A stretch of 64,000 nt of DNA, from assembly GCA_951406725.2 (NCBI GenBank), contig OX597816.1, positions 63,922,001 to 63,986,000 on the forward strand, written 5' to 3'. Of the stretch, positions 12,118 to 26,312 are shown piece after piece. The notes below the pieces were generated by a model that did no database searches, was not told where the DNA came from, and worked only from the letters and a program-made list of their open reading frames with translations. The translations under genes were made by a program, and so were the position numbers. Each line of letters opens with the position of its first letter. The stretch's first letter is position 1. Origin of the DNA: Octopus vulgaris. Lineage: Eukaryota.

Positions 12118-15100
12118 TTACCTGGTGCCAAACATACCCATCTTGCATGCCACAGGCTTCCATCTTTTCACAAACATATCTCGTGACAGACACCTCTTCT
12201 CCAGCCTGATTTTGCTACTGAGGTGGTAACTAAAAAAGTTAATCAACCCCTGGCCGGAGACAAAGGTGCCTGTCACTATACCTTTCGTACGCGTCTTCCA
12301 TACTGTTTCTTTCAGTATGGCTACTACACAGAAAAAAACAAGCCTTTCTTTCCCTGTTAAGGAAAGGGGGCGGCACAATCTCGATGATAGACTCAGCTGA
12401 TAGCTGTACTCTTCCCATCACTGACAACAGTTGTTCAACAAAAGCTATCAGTCCCGATAACTCCGGACACTCCACGAATGCGTGCAAGACGGTCTCCCTA
12501 TCCTGCTCACATCGCGGGCATGTCGGCGAGACGGCACTACCGTGCCTTGACAGCTTGTCGCGAACAGGTAACGCTGCACGGAAACACTGCCAGGCCAGGG
12601 ATTTCTGGTAATTATCCAGATACCCCGGCCCGAACGTCCTCCGGAACAGGTTGACCAACTGATTTTCATCGTAGCCCAGGGTCTCCCCCAAGGCGTCTTC
12701 GGACTTAATCTCCACTAACCCGCTACAGAAATCCGTGGTGGAACTCCTGTTGCCGGCGTTGCCCACCCGAGATAGTAGCTGGAGCGCCTGACGGCACTCC
12801 AAATGCCATTCACTCAGTTTAGGTCTCCGCTTGATCCATGCACCGATGTCCGTTAGGGATGTTAACTGGGGAAGGTAGAACCGGACGTGCGGTGACCACA
12901 CCTGCTCTCCATCCAGGTAAAGCCAGAGGTGCCTCAACCTTAACGCGAGTTTTCGCATCCTCAGCCAAGGCATCCCTAGCCCACCCTTTAGCGGTTTCTG
13001 GCAGCAGACAGAGCGCTTTACAAGTGGCTTTCCTCCTTTCCACAAAAATCGGAAAAGGATTCTCTCCAACTTGTTCAGCCACAAATCGGGGCAAGGCACC
13101 ACGGTCAGACGGTAGGTGATTACTGATGCTATAAACATCTGCACCACCTCCGCCTTCCCTAGCAGGGATAACGCCCGCCCAGACCAGGTCTGGGTTAGAG
13201 CGGTCACCTTGTTGGCCACCTCACTCCAATTTTTCTCAATCTGGAGGTCTGGCCCGAACCAGACTCCGAGCAGCTTAACAGGACCTTCCGTCCAACGCCC
13301 TACGACGTTATTGGACGGCATCGGCTTGCACCTCCAGGTGCCGAGTTGCAAACCGACCGACTTGTCCTTGTTAACCTTTGCTCCTGCCACCGCCTCGTAG
13401 CTTTTGATGGCCTCTTCCACCACTGGAAGCTGGCCTTCGTCTGCCACGATGATGGAGGTGTCATCCGCATACGCCGTAGCTCCTCTTCCACACCATAGAT
13501 CATGCGGCGCCCCCCCTTAGTGCCTCCAACTTCCGCAGCAAAGGCTCAAGAGCCAATACGTATAGGAGCGAGGACAGGGGACACCCTTGACGAACTGAAC
13601 GCTCGATCCTGAACGGCTTCGAAAAGGAACCCTTCACCTTGACTACAGACTCGATGTCGCTATACAAAGCAGCGATCCAACCTCGAAAGGTCGGGCCTAG
13701 GCCAGCCTCTCCGAAGACCGCCGCCAAGTACCGATGGTCGACCCTATCAAATGCTTTGGACTTGTCTAAATGTACCAGTGCTCCCCCTGCGCCAGAAAGC
13801 TTCCCCACCCTCTCTAAGGAGTAGCGTATAAGGTGGAGATTGTCGTAGATTGTTCTGCCGGGGATAGCGCACGTTTGCGCTTCCCCGACAAGTTTGTCCA
13901 CGACCCGCGCCAACCTTTTTGCTAGCACCTTGGCCAGAATCTTTAACTCTGTGTTTAACAGAGTTATGGGCCTGAAGTTCCCTATCTCGTCCCCCTTGTT
14001 CGGGTCCTTCCTGATCAACGTCACCGCCCCCCGGCTCACAGACTTGGGAATTCTCCCATTCTGCTGCCAGTTGGCGTAGACGCTAGCCAGCAGGTACCCG
14101 AACAAGTCTGGCATACTTTTGTAAAATTCATAGGGCAGACCATCGAGACCCGGCGACTTCTCCCCGGGGCACTTGCCCAACACCTCGATTACTTCCTCGG
14201 CTGTGATTGGCCCTTCACAGCACTCAGCCTCTCGTGTCGAGAGGCGCGGGCCACCAGACAGGAGGTCCCTAAGGGCCTCACCATGATCCAGCGTCCCGCA
14301 CCTCCCGAACAACTCGGCGAAGTGCTTGTGAAGTGCCTCACACATCTCGTCCCGCTTCTTGATCGTGCATCCGTTTTCATCAACAAGAGACCCAATTGTG
14401 GCATCGTTTCCACGCTGTGTTTCTATCGTACGGGCCCATCCGGCAACATTAATTCCCTCACGGCCCAATGCTCGTACTTTAGCCCGAACTCTACATCCCT
14501 CATGTTTGGTTTTGAGGTGATGGTCTAATGCCGTTCTCGCCGCTAAAATGTGAGATGCAGAGCCCAACCTCAACGCCTCCTCTAAGTTCTTAACTAGTTG
14601 CCCTTCTATTCTAGCCCTATCTAGTCTTAGTTGTTTACTAAATCTAATGGACTCGAATCGAATGGCTCTTTTGAGGGCGAACCACCACCGGTTATTAACC
14701 ACGGCTCCGGTTAACGCCCTCTGCACTAACACCTTAATCCGGCTACGGTATGCCTCGCGTGTCAAAATAGACTTGTTCAGCTTCCAGTAGCCGGTTCCTA
14801 TCTTAAGTGTGCTATCTATGGTCAGTATAGGGCACCTGGACGAGCTGTGGACAACTAAAACTAGACTTATCTCTAGTTCTTATCACTATCCTGTCTAGAT
14901 AAGACTTGAACCTTCCGTTGCCACTCATCCAGGTCCACTCTGGGACGTTCGGATGGTCAAGTCTGTAACGATCTGCCAGCTGAAACCGCTTAAGCAGATC
15001 CACGAGACGTGAGTTCACTTTCTTATAGATCGAGCCAACGCTATCGATGTGTACGTCAACGATAGCATTAAAGTCCCCTAATATCACTAAAGTCTTCGAC

Positions 15101-15495
15101 GTCACGAGAAAGCCCTCTAGGCGCCGATAAAAATCAGTTTGGAAACCTCTAGCACAAGGTGCATAGAGTCCGATCAACCTGAAGGCCTTACTGCTGTATG
15201 TCACATCAAGGACGACCAGCCCACCTTCTGGGTCTACATAGACTGTACTTGTCTGTAGAGCCAAGTCTTTACGGATCAGTACCACTACGCCCCCTCGCCC
15301 TCCGGTCTGGCCAGGAGACATGATTTTCTCGTAGCCATTCAGGAGAGGCGAGAAGGTTTGTAGGCTGTCCAGCTTGGTCTCTGTAGCAACCATCACATGT
15401 ATATCATGTGATCTGAGGTCGTCGACGAAACAAGCCTGCTTCCACTTCGAACTCAGACCACGCACATTTAAACAACCAAGGTTAAGCGAAGCCAT
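12118..15495 (-). pseudogene. LINE ORF2 (APE endonuclease, reverse transcriptase, C-terminal Cys/His finger), broken by ~3 frameshifts
   Basis: LNVRGL...ETKL...GDFN...YLDR...TDHR (APE); KSPGLDGLPYEFY, FRPITLLN, KAFDRV, VRQGCPLS, YADD near 13465 (RT); CPRC..ETVLHAFVEC; split into 14812-15495, 13500-14765, 12239-13447 and 12118-12378. Confidence 0.9.
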
Positions 15496-15512
15496 TACAA
15501 AAAGTAAAAGTT

Positions 15513-16940
15513 CTACTTACATTTCGTTGGAGAGGTGGGGGCCGACCTCACCACACGTTTGTGGGCCCCTTCTTTCTCCTCTTTCTTCAGATAGTCCGGC
15601 AAGTTCGCGATATGCCGGATGGCGTTTGGGTGTCTGTCTTTTAATTGTTTGAACGTTGTTTCCGCAATCCACGCGTGTCTATTTCGATCTTTGTATTTGT
15701 TGTACAGTCTTGCTGACTGATGCTGAACCACAATATCGTTTATGTATTTGTCTTGTGTGTCGAATTCAATTAATATGAGTTCATTTTCTTTTTTGTCTTC
15801 TTTTTCTGGGCCAGTTGAGCGGTATTTTTTTTTCCGTGTCTGTGGTGTGTCTTTGTTTTTATTATTTTTTGTAGGGGATGTGAACGGGGATGATGCACGA
15901 ATTCTTTTACGAACTGGTGTAAATCCCCCCTCTGATACCTCCATGTTATCGTCTGGGGTAGCAATAGTTTGTTCGGTAGGCGCCGCAGTTTTTAGGGGGG
16001 TGGGAGGTTTTAATAATGTAGGGGTTTGTGAGTGCGAGGGCTGGGTTTTTTCTTCAGTCTGTTTTGGGTTTGGCACCGTAACAGCAGGAGTGGGATTTTT
16101 TGTTTTTGTAGGGGTAGGTGAGTTTGCAAGGGTAGGGACTTTTTTATTATCTGAGGGGCCTGGTGTCTGCGGTTTCTTTTGCTTGTCTGGACAGTCTACA
16201 CGAATGTTGCCCTTTTTGCCGCAGGCGTAACAGGTGGGTTTTCGGCCTTCGACCTGTACCCTGAGGGCTACGTTCTCGCCCACGAGCACCCTCTCAGGAA
16301 AGAGCTGCAGGTCCTCCGCTGTTCCTTGAATTAATATATTAATGTTACGCCCGAGCCAAAATAGAGGGGCAGAGCATGTTACTTCTAGTATTTTAATTTT
16401 GTCCGCCCTTTTATATAACAGGGCGGCCACTACCTCTACCGGATCTACTTCCGGCGGGGCTTCTACAATCCTGACCCGGGACGTCCTGCGTCCCCTATAG
16501 CTTGGGAAAAGTACCACCTCCTTGGTTTTTAGGGGGTTCACAGAATGCCCGCGGGCCACTTCTTCCCCCGAGAAGCGGACATCCACAGTGCCATATGCCC
16601 GTCCCCTGGTGACGTACACGATGTCCTTCCAAATCGGGGACAGGCATTTCTCGATGGTGTTTTTTTCAAAGTGTTTGAACCTTCTGCTTTGTGGACAGAA
16701 GGTTTTAAACACTACGGTCCGCTTCTCGGTCTCCACGATACTGGCGGAGGGTAATATTTTAACATCACCACCCTCCTCTTGCATTCTTTTAAATAGCTCG
16801 ACGAGCTGATTGACATTGATGTCAATGTTCTCGGTAGCCACTGCGGCTACCGCAGAAAATTTTTTAACATTGCTCTCCTCAAGAGCACTACTTTCGTGAA
16901 TAATTTCAACAGACATTATTCTGTTGAAATTAGACAACAC
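15513..16940 (-). CDS. LINE ORF1 nucleic-acid-binding protein (~475 aa; start codon uncertain)
   Basis: Long open frame ending just upstream of ORF2; zinc knuckle CYACGKKGNIRVDC (CCHC with H replaced by N) followed by a Pro/Thr-rich linker, typical of Tx1/L1-type ORF1. Confidence 0.8.
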   Translation of the reverse strand: MLSNFNRIMSVEIIHESSALEESNVKKFSAVAAVATENIDINVNQLVELFKRMQEEGGDVKILPSASIVETEKRTVVFKTFCPQSRRFKHFEKNTIEKCLSPIWKDIVYVTRGRAYGTVDVRFSGEEVARGHSVNPLKTKEVVLFPSYRGRRTSRVRIVEAPPEVDPVEVVAALLYKRADKIKILEVTCSAPLFWLGRNINILIQGTAEDLQLFPERVLVGENVALRVQVEGRKPTCYACGKKGNIRVDCPDKQKKPQTPGPSDNKKVPTLANSPTPTKTKNPTPAVTVPNPKQTEEKTQPSHSQTPTLLKPPTPLKTAAPTEQTIATPDDNMEVSEGGFTPVRKRIRASSPFTSPTKNNKNKDTPQTRKKKYRSTGPEKEDKKENELILIEFDTQDKYINDIVVQHQSARLYNKYKDRNRHAWIAETTFKQLKDRHPNAIRHIANLPDYLKKEEKEGAHKRVVRSAPTSPTKCK

Positions 16941-18175
16941 AAAAATTACGAATATTGGTTTCCCACGAAACTGGGAAACCTATAGAAAGTTTTTCTTCCA
17001 AAGTAGTTCAAAAAAGCAGTTCAAAAATTCCAATTCCCACCCCCATTCGGGGGAGGGGCACGAAAATAGTCTGGCAGGACTATATATAGTCACGTAAATA
17101 AAAAGCCACAATGGCTAACAGTTCAACGGTAAGAAATTATCCAATTATTCCCCGGTAAAACCGGAGAACAAGACAGTTCAGCAACGCTTAAAGACAAATT
17201 TTCAGTAGTAGAAATTCAACAATTAACAACACAGCAAAATTCTTACCGGGAAGAAAACGCGTCCAAACCGTAGTACGGTAAGCAAAGTCACTCTTCAGTC
17301 AGTGAGGTTAGCAAAGCTACTTACCACACAGCCACTCCTGCGCCTAATAAAACGTCCAGATATAACGTCCTGATAAAACGTCCAGAATGGTCCTGAAAAA
17401 TCAATGGAATTTACAGATTCAGTATGGGCTATATTCTAAGACTGTGTTTTGGTTTGTTTCAAGTTTATGAACATATGAATATAGAAGGAATAATAAAGAA
17501 AGCCGAAGAAAGTAAAGAAAAAATTGTGAAATATCAGGACCTAGCATTGTCGATATATTGTTCCTAGCAATACGGACATTGCCGATATATAGTCCCTCGC
17601 AATTCGGGGATATATAATTCCTTGCAATTACGAAGAACTATATATTGGCGAGACATGGAAAACATTATCGGAACGCTTACGAGTACACAGACAACAAATT
17701 CGGAACACTAATGTTTGCCAAATTCCATTGAGCTAACATATAGAATCATGTGTTCAGAAAATATTTCTAATTTTCCCTTTCCACAAACTATATGAAACAA
17801 ACCAACTTGGAAAAAACGGTTTATTAAAATTTTCAAACCTGTTCTGAACGAAAACACCAATACTAATTTAACAACCAGTTAATGATGTGGATTAAAGAAT
17901 GTCTTTAATATATGAATACAAACAAATTACAGAAGACTGCCACCAATTGAAATAAAAACGATCGAAACCAACTAAGTGTGCTCACTCAAAAAACCATTAC
18001 TTGTAAACCGCAAGCTAATTAGTTAAAATAATGTCGGGCTCGATGCCAACAATATCGCTACGCCCGGCAAACCGTGACGTCTAAACTGCATGCGGATTGG
18101 TCAAAACCGTATTCCAAAAACGTTATACTAATACATCCGTTTGTTTTGTACACCATATATTTTATTTTGAAATAA

Positions 18176-18176
<1 letters not shown>

Positions 18177-18263
<87 letters not shown>

Positions 18264-18445
18264 GTAGGTAGGTACGTAGATACACATAGACGGGTTTGTT
18301 TCAGTTTTCGTCAACCAAATCCATTCACAAGGCTCTGGTTGACTCGAGGCTGTAGTAGAAGACACTTGCCCAAGGTGCCATTCTGTGACACCGAACTGAG
18401 ACACATATGGTTTGGAAACAAATTTCATATCACACAGCCATGTCT
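18177..18445 (-). mobile_element. Degenerate SINE family A 5' part with (GATA)n tract
   Basis: GAAGACACTTGCCCAAGGTGCC core and similarity to the family A head. Confidence 0.7.
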
Positions 18446-19139
18446 GCTCTATACGTAATCCTAGTTAATTGCAATACTTTAATTACTCATTTCAATATGA
18501 AAACCAAGTTAGCTGCATGTTTGTGAAGTAAGCTTAGGAAAATGTATGAAATTTTTTATGACTTTATTTTATAGTAGTTTATGCATGGATTTTTATACAA
18601 ACAGCTAGAGATCAATAAATTTTACAATCCTTATGTAAAAGCACACTTTCGCAATGGGCGGTGATAATAATTAAAATCAGAGCCTTCGTAATATCCCTTT
18701 CCTTTTATACGTTTGATTAAACACACTGACGATAAATGTCAGTTACTCGATGGATTATTAAATTGAAGTTGATAGAACGCTTACTGTCAAAAAGTCGTTA
18801 GAAGCTAAAAAGGGCATTGAAAATAGAAGCTTCTCTACAAAGGCCCTCGAAGCAAACTAACATAATTATGTTTTCATTGACAAACATCATGCTGATTTAG
18901 ATTAAATTAAAAACAACAAAATATGAAGAACCATATCTCAAAAAAACAAGCAACTAAGAGTGGGCATCATGTTGTCACTCAACTTGCTAGAAGTGGCTGG
19001 AAAATACACCTAAAATCAGGCTCGAGCTATTTCTAAATATGAAAGAGAACACTAGTAAATAATGTGTATTTAGTAGTTGTGAAAATAAAACAGTTGAAAA
19101 TAAGATATGGTAACAGTTGAAAAGTACTTGACTAGACGA

Positions 19140-19445
19140 GTTCTCCATAACTTGTCATGAATCCTTTGACAAGAAAATATTCGATGTTGAGTGAATTGCT
19201 TGTGCCTGCTAGCTCCTCATCAATAACAATGTGCAGGATTCTGTCCAAGACATGGTATTGGCAGCTCACAAATTGTGACCTGTCATAGCCTTTGCTCAAG
19301 AACATTCTCTGGAGTCTAACCACTACCCGACTCTTTCGTCCTGTATTCACACTCGTATCAGTAATAATCATTGAAATTGTACCCCACAAGTGAGCTTCAT
19401 CCAATACGCTTTCCAATTCTTTTGCAATCGTCTCAGATGCCCGAG
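19140..19445 (-). pseudogene. DNA transposase fragment, hATm-like
   Basis: IITDTSVNTGRKSRVV...FVSCQYHVLDRIL resembles the DTTxxNTG...CxHH signature of hATm-type transposases. Confidence 0.55.
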
Positions 19446-20588
19446 TATTAAACAGGAAAAACAACAACAATAGCAACAGCGGAACGAAGAAAAAACTGTC
19501 GAGTAACTTAGAATTAGTTTCTATAACTCTTGTCAGTTCATACATGCATACATGATATAGTGGAAGTAATTCCATTTGACATTTGTTTTGTTCAAAGTTT
19601 AGTCACCAGACTAAATTACTATTTTATAAAGTATCGGCCGGGTAAATATCAAAGAGGAGCCTACTGTTTACTAACAAGTGATATAGAAAGGACTGATATT
19701 TGTGCTACAATAAGTCGGAAAACATCACATCGTTTAATTCAGATTATGCAATAACTACACACAAACCAGCTCTATGGGTTTAATAACCTAAATACTATAA
19801 GGAAAGCGGTTTGCTCAATTTAGATTAACCATTTGAGATATGGGAAATTAAAGACAATGCAAACCAGAGTGGTATTTGATATAAATTTCATCGAGAAATT
19901 TACCGGTATGTTTCTGCTTTATTAAGCCTCATTAAGGAAGTATAGGCTACGCATTGTGTGTGTATGTATGCATCAATTTTACACGCACATACACACATGC
20001 ACACACACACACACACACACACTCGTTCTTTTATCTTTTTTATTTTTTTACTTGTTTCAGTCATTTGACTCCGGCCATACTAGAGCACTGCCTTATATAT
20101 AACTATATACCGTTGCTATTATCTTAAACTATCGTATGTCCAAATTTGGCCAAATGTGTGTTTTGTCAATGTTTAATATTGCTTGCAGTAGCCGGTTCTT
20201 TTGGTCAAACTATCGTATCTCCCGCTGCTTCAGATGCCAAGATATGAAAATTATCAAAGTGTAGTACAACGGTTTAGCATTTTTCGAAAGTGTAGTAAAT
20301 CCTACATACGACAGTTTTAGAAAAATATTTCTGAAAATATCACGCATGCAAAGGGTTACGATTTTATCCTCTCAACAAAGTATTATTAGTAAGCTGAAAC
20401 TTGCTAATGTGAAAAAGAAGCAGAATAGTGAAACTATTGTTTCGTTTTCTGAAACAGCAATGTTTCGGACGGCACTTTTGCATAATAGCAACGCTATGTG
20501 TGTTTGTGTCTAGATATATAGATATGGATATGTGTCTATGTATATATGTATCTCTACACACACATATATACACACAGACATGTATATA

Positions 20589-23090
20589 CAGGGTGCGTAA
20601 AGTATTTGGGGACATACCATTTTTGGGTCATTGCTGCATTTATGCTAACTCTGTATAATCTTTGTTTCAGAAAATAATAATGGCCACGGCTCAGCTTAGG
20701 AAATGAAGAGGTATGCTGTTATTGTGGTTATAAACGCTGAGTATAGCAATTTAGAAATATCTCGATTTTTAAAAGTTGCCAGATCTTTCATCTACATAGT
20801 TTGTAAAAGAGCTAGAGACTGAAGACGGAAACGTATCACCATTGTCAGAGCATAAAAATCACTCTAAACGCTCTGAAGTCATCAGAACACCTGAATTGAT
20901 CCAGCAACGTTACAGACCATTGATTACAATCCAAGAAAATCAATGAGGGCAATTGCAAAAATATCTCTATGTGTCAGAAAGAACAGTCAGGATTGTGATC
21001 CACGAAGACATCATATATACGACTTTCATGATGAGGAAAGGTCAATTCGTCCGAAAAGGCAAAAGAAAATTACTACATCTGATCTAAAAGGCTCTTAAGC
21101 AAACGGAAAAATTCACCAGAAGAAGATATGATTAGGTTTTTCTAAAACGAGAAAAATCTTTGCCTAAGATCAAAAAGTTAACAGAAGAAATGGCAGATGG
21201 TTATGTGCAGGCCCTTCTGAGGTTCCAAATGTTACGCGTACAAAATTTCTTGCAACTGTCATGGTTTAGAGGTTGTCAGCAATGAAGGACATGTGGTATT
21301 TCCTTACTTCTTTCCATAATTTTGTCGCCTACATTGAGGTTCTGGAAATAATTGTTAAGGTCTGGATAGACATTGTATGCAATGGATGGCCATGTGTATT
21401 TCAGTAAGAGTCTGAGCTATCACACATGGCTCTAGTAACATTTTCATGATCATGTAATCCCTAACATTTGGCCTCCTAATTCTCCCGATCTCAATCTATG
21501 GACAGTTACATGTGGAGCGTTGTTGAAAGAGAGGTCAATGAACGCGCCTATAACACCAAAGATTCTTTGAAAGCTGCCATAGTCAGAGTAATGTCCAAAA
21601 TGAGCCAGGACCACTTGATTTAAGCATCTCGCAGGTCATCCCCGTCCGAATTTTGAATAAAGAAAACAAGTGATCAAATGTTATCTTTAATTGAAATTTA
21701 ATCATTAATGTTCTTTCCCTGATTATCTATGACTTCCTTCCATCTATTTACAAGCTTTTTAATCCCATTAATGTAAAACTCTTTTGGTTTCAAACCGATG
21801 AACTCTGAAATATCAGTTTCGACCTCCTCCTGGCTTGCGAAAGTTATGTTCCCTAAATGATTCTGTAAACTATGAACCTAATGGTAGTCTGAAGGAGCAA
21901 GGTCAAGAGAATAAGGTGGATGAGGAACTTTTCCCAACGAAACACTTCGATCTTTTTTTATGTGACCTTTGCAGTGTGGGGTTGCACATTGTCCTGATGA
22001 AACTTCACTCCTTTACGATTCACTAAAGCGGGTCTTTTTTTCTTCAAAGCTTGGTTCAAACGCTCTAATTTCTGATAGTAGACTGAGCATTGATTGTTGC
22101 ATTAGGTGGTAAGAATTCAAAGTGAATTACTCCTTTGCAATCCCACCGGATAGAGAGAAGAACCTTTGTCCCATGAAGTTCCCTTCTCGGCTGTGTTTGA
22201 GCTTTGTCTCTTTTACCAAGCCACTGGTAAAAATGTTTAACATTCCGATAGAAGATCCATTTTTCGTTACCAGTCACAAGTCTATCCAAAAAGGGTGAAA
22301 TGAGTTGGCTAGAATGTAGCGAAGAGCAGATGTCAACTCGGGATCTAGAGTTGCATTCGGACAATTCATGAGGCACCGTTTTCCAAGTTAAGGAACCTTT
22401 GCAAGTTGTTGAAGATGACGATGAACAGTTGTATGGTTTGAACTAAGCCTTATTACCAATTCTTCAACTGATAATGCAGGATTTTCTTCAAGTTATGCCT
22501 CAAGGAGCTAATCATCAAACTCAACTGGACGTCCTGTTCGATCTTCAGCTTCAAGGCTGAAATTTCAGTTTTGAATTTTACAAACCATCTTCTGCAAGTT
22601 CTTTCATTCAAGCATTCTTTCCCATAAACTGAGTGTATGTTTTGAGTCGCATTAGCTGCAGAGTTTCCTTTTTTGTACTCATAAAGCATTATGTGCCTCA
22701 AATGCTCTTTGGATACTTCCATGTTAGAAAGGGTTTTAATCAAGAAATTTTAATTCTATTATTCTGTAAAAGAATATCTAATTAATTTAAATGTTCACAA
22801 ATGCATAGAAATAATTTTTAATTCCATTAGACATTCTAAAATACTATTAAATTTAATTCAATTTTAAAAAAGGTAAAATCAGACACAACTTATGGGATGA
22901 CCTGATATATGATTTAGATCTCAAGTAGAAGCATCTGTTGGAGTTGAAGCTGGCTTTATTGAATAAAATTATAGAAAAGAATGTTTATTTTTGTCCTCAT
23001 AGAATTTTTTGATAAAGTTGTTATCTGTTATTATACATCTGTTTTTTTTTTTCATAAATATAAATCTGTCGTCAAATATCTTACATAGAA
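20589..23090 (+). mobile_element. Degenerate maT/DD37D-like (Tc1-mariner) transposon interrupted by a mariner
   Basis: TA-CAGGGTGCGTAAAG terminus; WPPNSPDLN..YMWSVVEREVNE..NTKDSLKAAIVRVM at ~21470-21600; C-terminus FRSQVEASVGVEAGFIE* resumes at ~22914; right TIR degenerate. Confidence 0.7.
21631..22905 (-). mobile_element. Mariner transposon (pseudogenised), nested in the maT-like element
   Basis: MEVSKEHLRHIMLYEYKKG...ERTCRRWF and LDRLVTGNEKWIFY...KVLLSIRWD; TIR CAGGTCATCCC / GGGATGACCTGA-TA. Confidence 0.88.
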
Positions 23091-24022
23091 AAACAGAGAC
23101 AGACTGACAGAAAGAGACAGACTGACAGAAAGAAAACGAGAGAGGAAAGGGAGAGTGAGAGATAGAGTCAGTGAAATTAAGAGCAAATACACCGTCGATT
23201 ATAGAGTTTTCAATTTCTTAACATAATGTATATCAAAATGTTTACAATTAAATATTTTTTTTTAAATGCTGACTCTGAAGACATCTGACATCATTATGAT
23301 ATCAATATCAAAAGATGTATATACAGATGTATATATAGTTGTTTAACTTTGCTCACACAACCTCCTTAAACTAAGACCATAAACATTTAGCTCCTGTCTC
23401 TCTACTGCTAATTCTTAAAAATCAGCGGGACTTCTTTAAATGTTATGCAGCATAGGATGGTGTCCATTTTGTCCGTATTTTGTACATACATTGTAGTTAA
23501 ACATAAATATCTTTTAGTACATTACATGATGTTTCAAGCTTGCAAACCATTTGTGATATTTCGTATACCTTTCATGGATGGAAACGCAAAGGCGAGTTGC
23601 TATTAAGGCCTAACTATACTTGTCGCTTGTAAGGTCTGTTCTTATCGATCATGCTAAGTTTATTTCCCTGTCACAATTTATATGTAAGCTCAGTGACCGC
23701 TAACATGACCGCTCTATCCTAACTTGGAATATTCGTGACAGATCTACTCCATATTTTAATATATTACATAACTGTATAATTTTCGTAGCAGAAAAGCAAG
23801 CTGCGCATACGGGAAATAGCAATGATATCCATCACCAAGTAATACAGGGTATTCGCTAATTTCTCTAACAGATTTTGGAAGAAGAAATTCACCTAATATA
23901 TATATAATACCTCAGCTGAAAAACTCAATGATGTTAGACAATTTTATTTAGTCATTACACGGTAATCACTTATAGGTTTTAAGCTTATAAGATATCAGCG
24001 TACACACACACACACAACCACA

Positions 24023-24109
<87 letters not shown>

Positions 24110-25438
24110 TTGCACTTCAATGATCATAGAACATATAAGTTTTCAAAGTAGATCTGCTGATGTGTTTTGGGAGTAGATTACAGATCATGACTGCAAAAAA
24201 ATAGTTGTTTTACGCGAAAATGAAATTTCTTGTCAGAATCAGCCACATAAATTGAGTAAGGAAATTGAAGGAAGGCGTTGAAACTTCTCTGCAAGTTTTT
24301 TTTTTTTTATTCAACAGCAAAGAGAGCTATTTTTTTTTTTTTCGGAGAGAAGTATGATTGGTACGTGCAAAATTGGCAATCTACTTGAAAACTTAGAGTT
24401 ACAGAACGCATTTCGTACTTGCTTACAGTGTACGACCACTCTGAAATTGACTTCAGGTAACGAAAAATGAAGACATGAAGAGTTTCACTTCAGTTCACGA
24501 ATACTGCTTTGAATCTTTAGCAGTTCGCAGTGAAAAGATGTCGCGTTCGAAATATCATAATGGATGAGTAAAGAAGCATCTTTAAAGCGAAACAACGCAT
24601 TGGTAGGTAAACAAAGGTATCAACAAAGAAAAGAGAGGGAAGGGAACATCACCTTTCAGGTAACTCAGAATAGGTAAAAGTAAGCTTGTCAAAGCTTAAT
24701 GCAGTTTAATTATGAAGATTAAGATTGTTTGGTATTGGATATTCATCGCGTACAATGTTCCTTATCAATTTAATTAGTGTCATAGGTGGACTGTGGAAAT
24801 AAATACACCAAATCCTTTCACTATTATAATATTCTCTAAAAAATATTCTCTAATGCCAATATACGACCATATAGATTAAAAAAGTATGGAAGATCCTACA
24901 TACAATAAAAGCTATGTACATACAACAAATTAGAGAAAAAGCCGTGTCAACCACCGTTTTCTCTGTTTGTCTTTTTACGCGGGAGCTCTGGACAAAATGT
25001 TATAATGCATGATCATCTATGGAATGTAAGTAATATGTATGCAAAGTTTGATGAAAATCGGTAGAGAATTACGGAAATGTATACGTTAGTCAGCATACAC
25101 ACACATACTGTGATATATATATACTATATATATATAAACACTTATATATATATATATATATATATATAGTATATATACATATATGCATGTGAGGTTTTGC
25201 AAAAGTGTGAATACATGCACAAGGACATACATGCACAAGGAATATACATGTAAGCCACAAAGGTCTAAATTCCATCAAGCATGTCTTTCGCTCGCAGGTT
25301 CTACATCACATGGATGATGTCCTTATAAATAGAGATCAAGTCCGAACTCTGATATCGTATATCTTGACTTCGGCCAGAGCTGATCACAATATGCCCCTGA
25401 CTAAATTGTTAAATATTCGAATCAGTGAAAATCCGCTA

Positions 25439-26125
<687 letters not shown>

Positions 26126-26130
26126 ACAAA

Positions 26131-26167
26131 CATACATACATACATACATACATACATAATGCATACA

Positions 26168-26201
<34 letters not shown>

Positions 26202-26312
26202 CATACATACATACATGCATGCATGCATACATACATACATGCATACATACATACATACATACATACATACATACATACATACATACATACATACATACAT
26301 ACATACATACAT
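26131..26312. repeat. (CATA)n microsatellite
   Basis: Read directly. Confidence 0.95.

Larger units (their letters stand above)
11890..17313 (-). mobile_element. Full-length L1/Tx1-type non-LTR retrotransposon, ~5.4 kb
   Basis: ORF1 plus APE-RT-zinc-finger ORF2; TSD AAGCTACTT at 11881-11889 and 17314-17322; 3' end terminates at an AATAAA-like motif. Confidence 0.9.

Noticed and set aside
17460-17660. KIVKYQDLA-like RLE fragment followed by short imperfect tandem repeats
   Set aside because: Too short and decayed to assign
23270-23345. CTGAAGA followed by a CATCTG/CAGATG stem, hammerhead-like
   Set aside because: The GAAA box is absent (TATA instead); too degenerate to call
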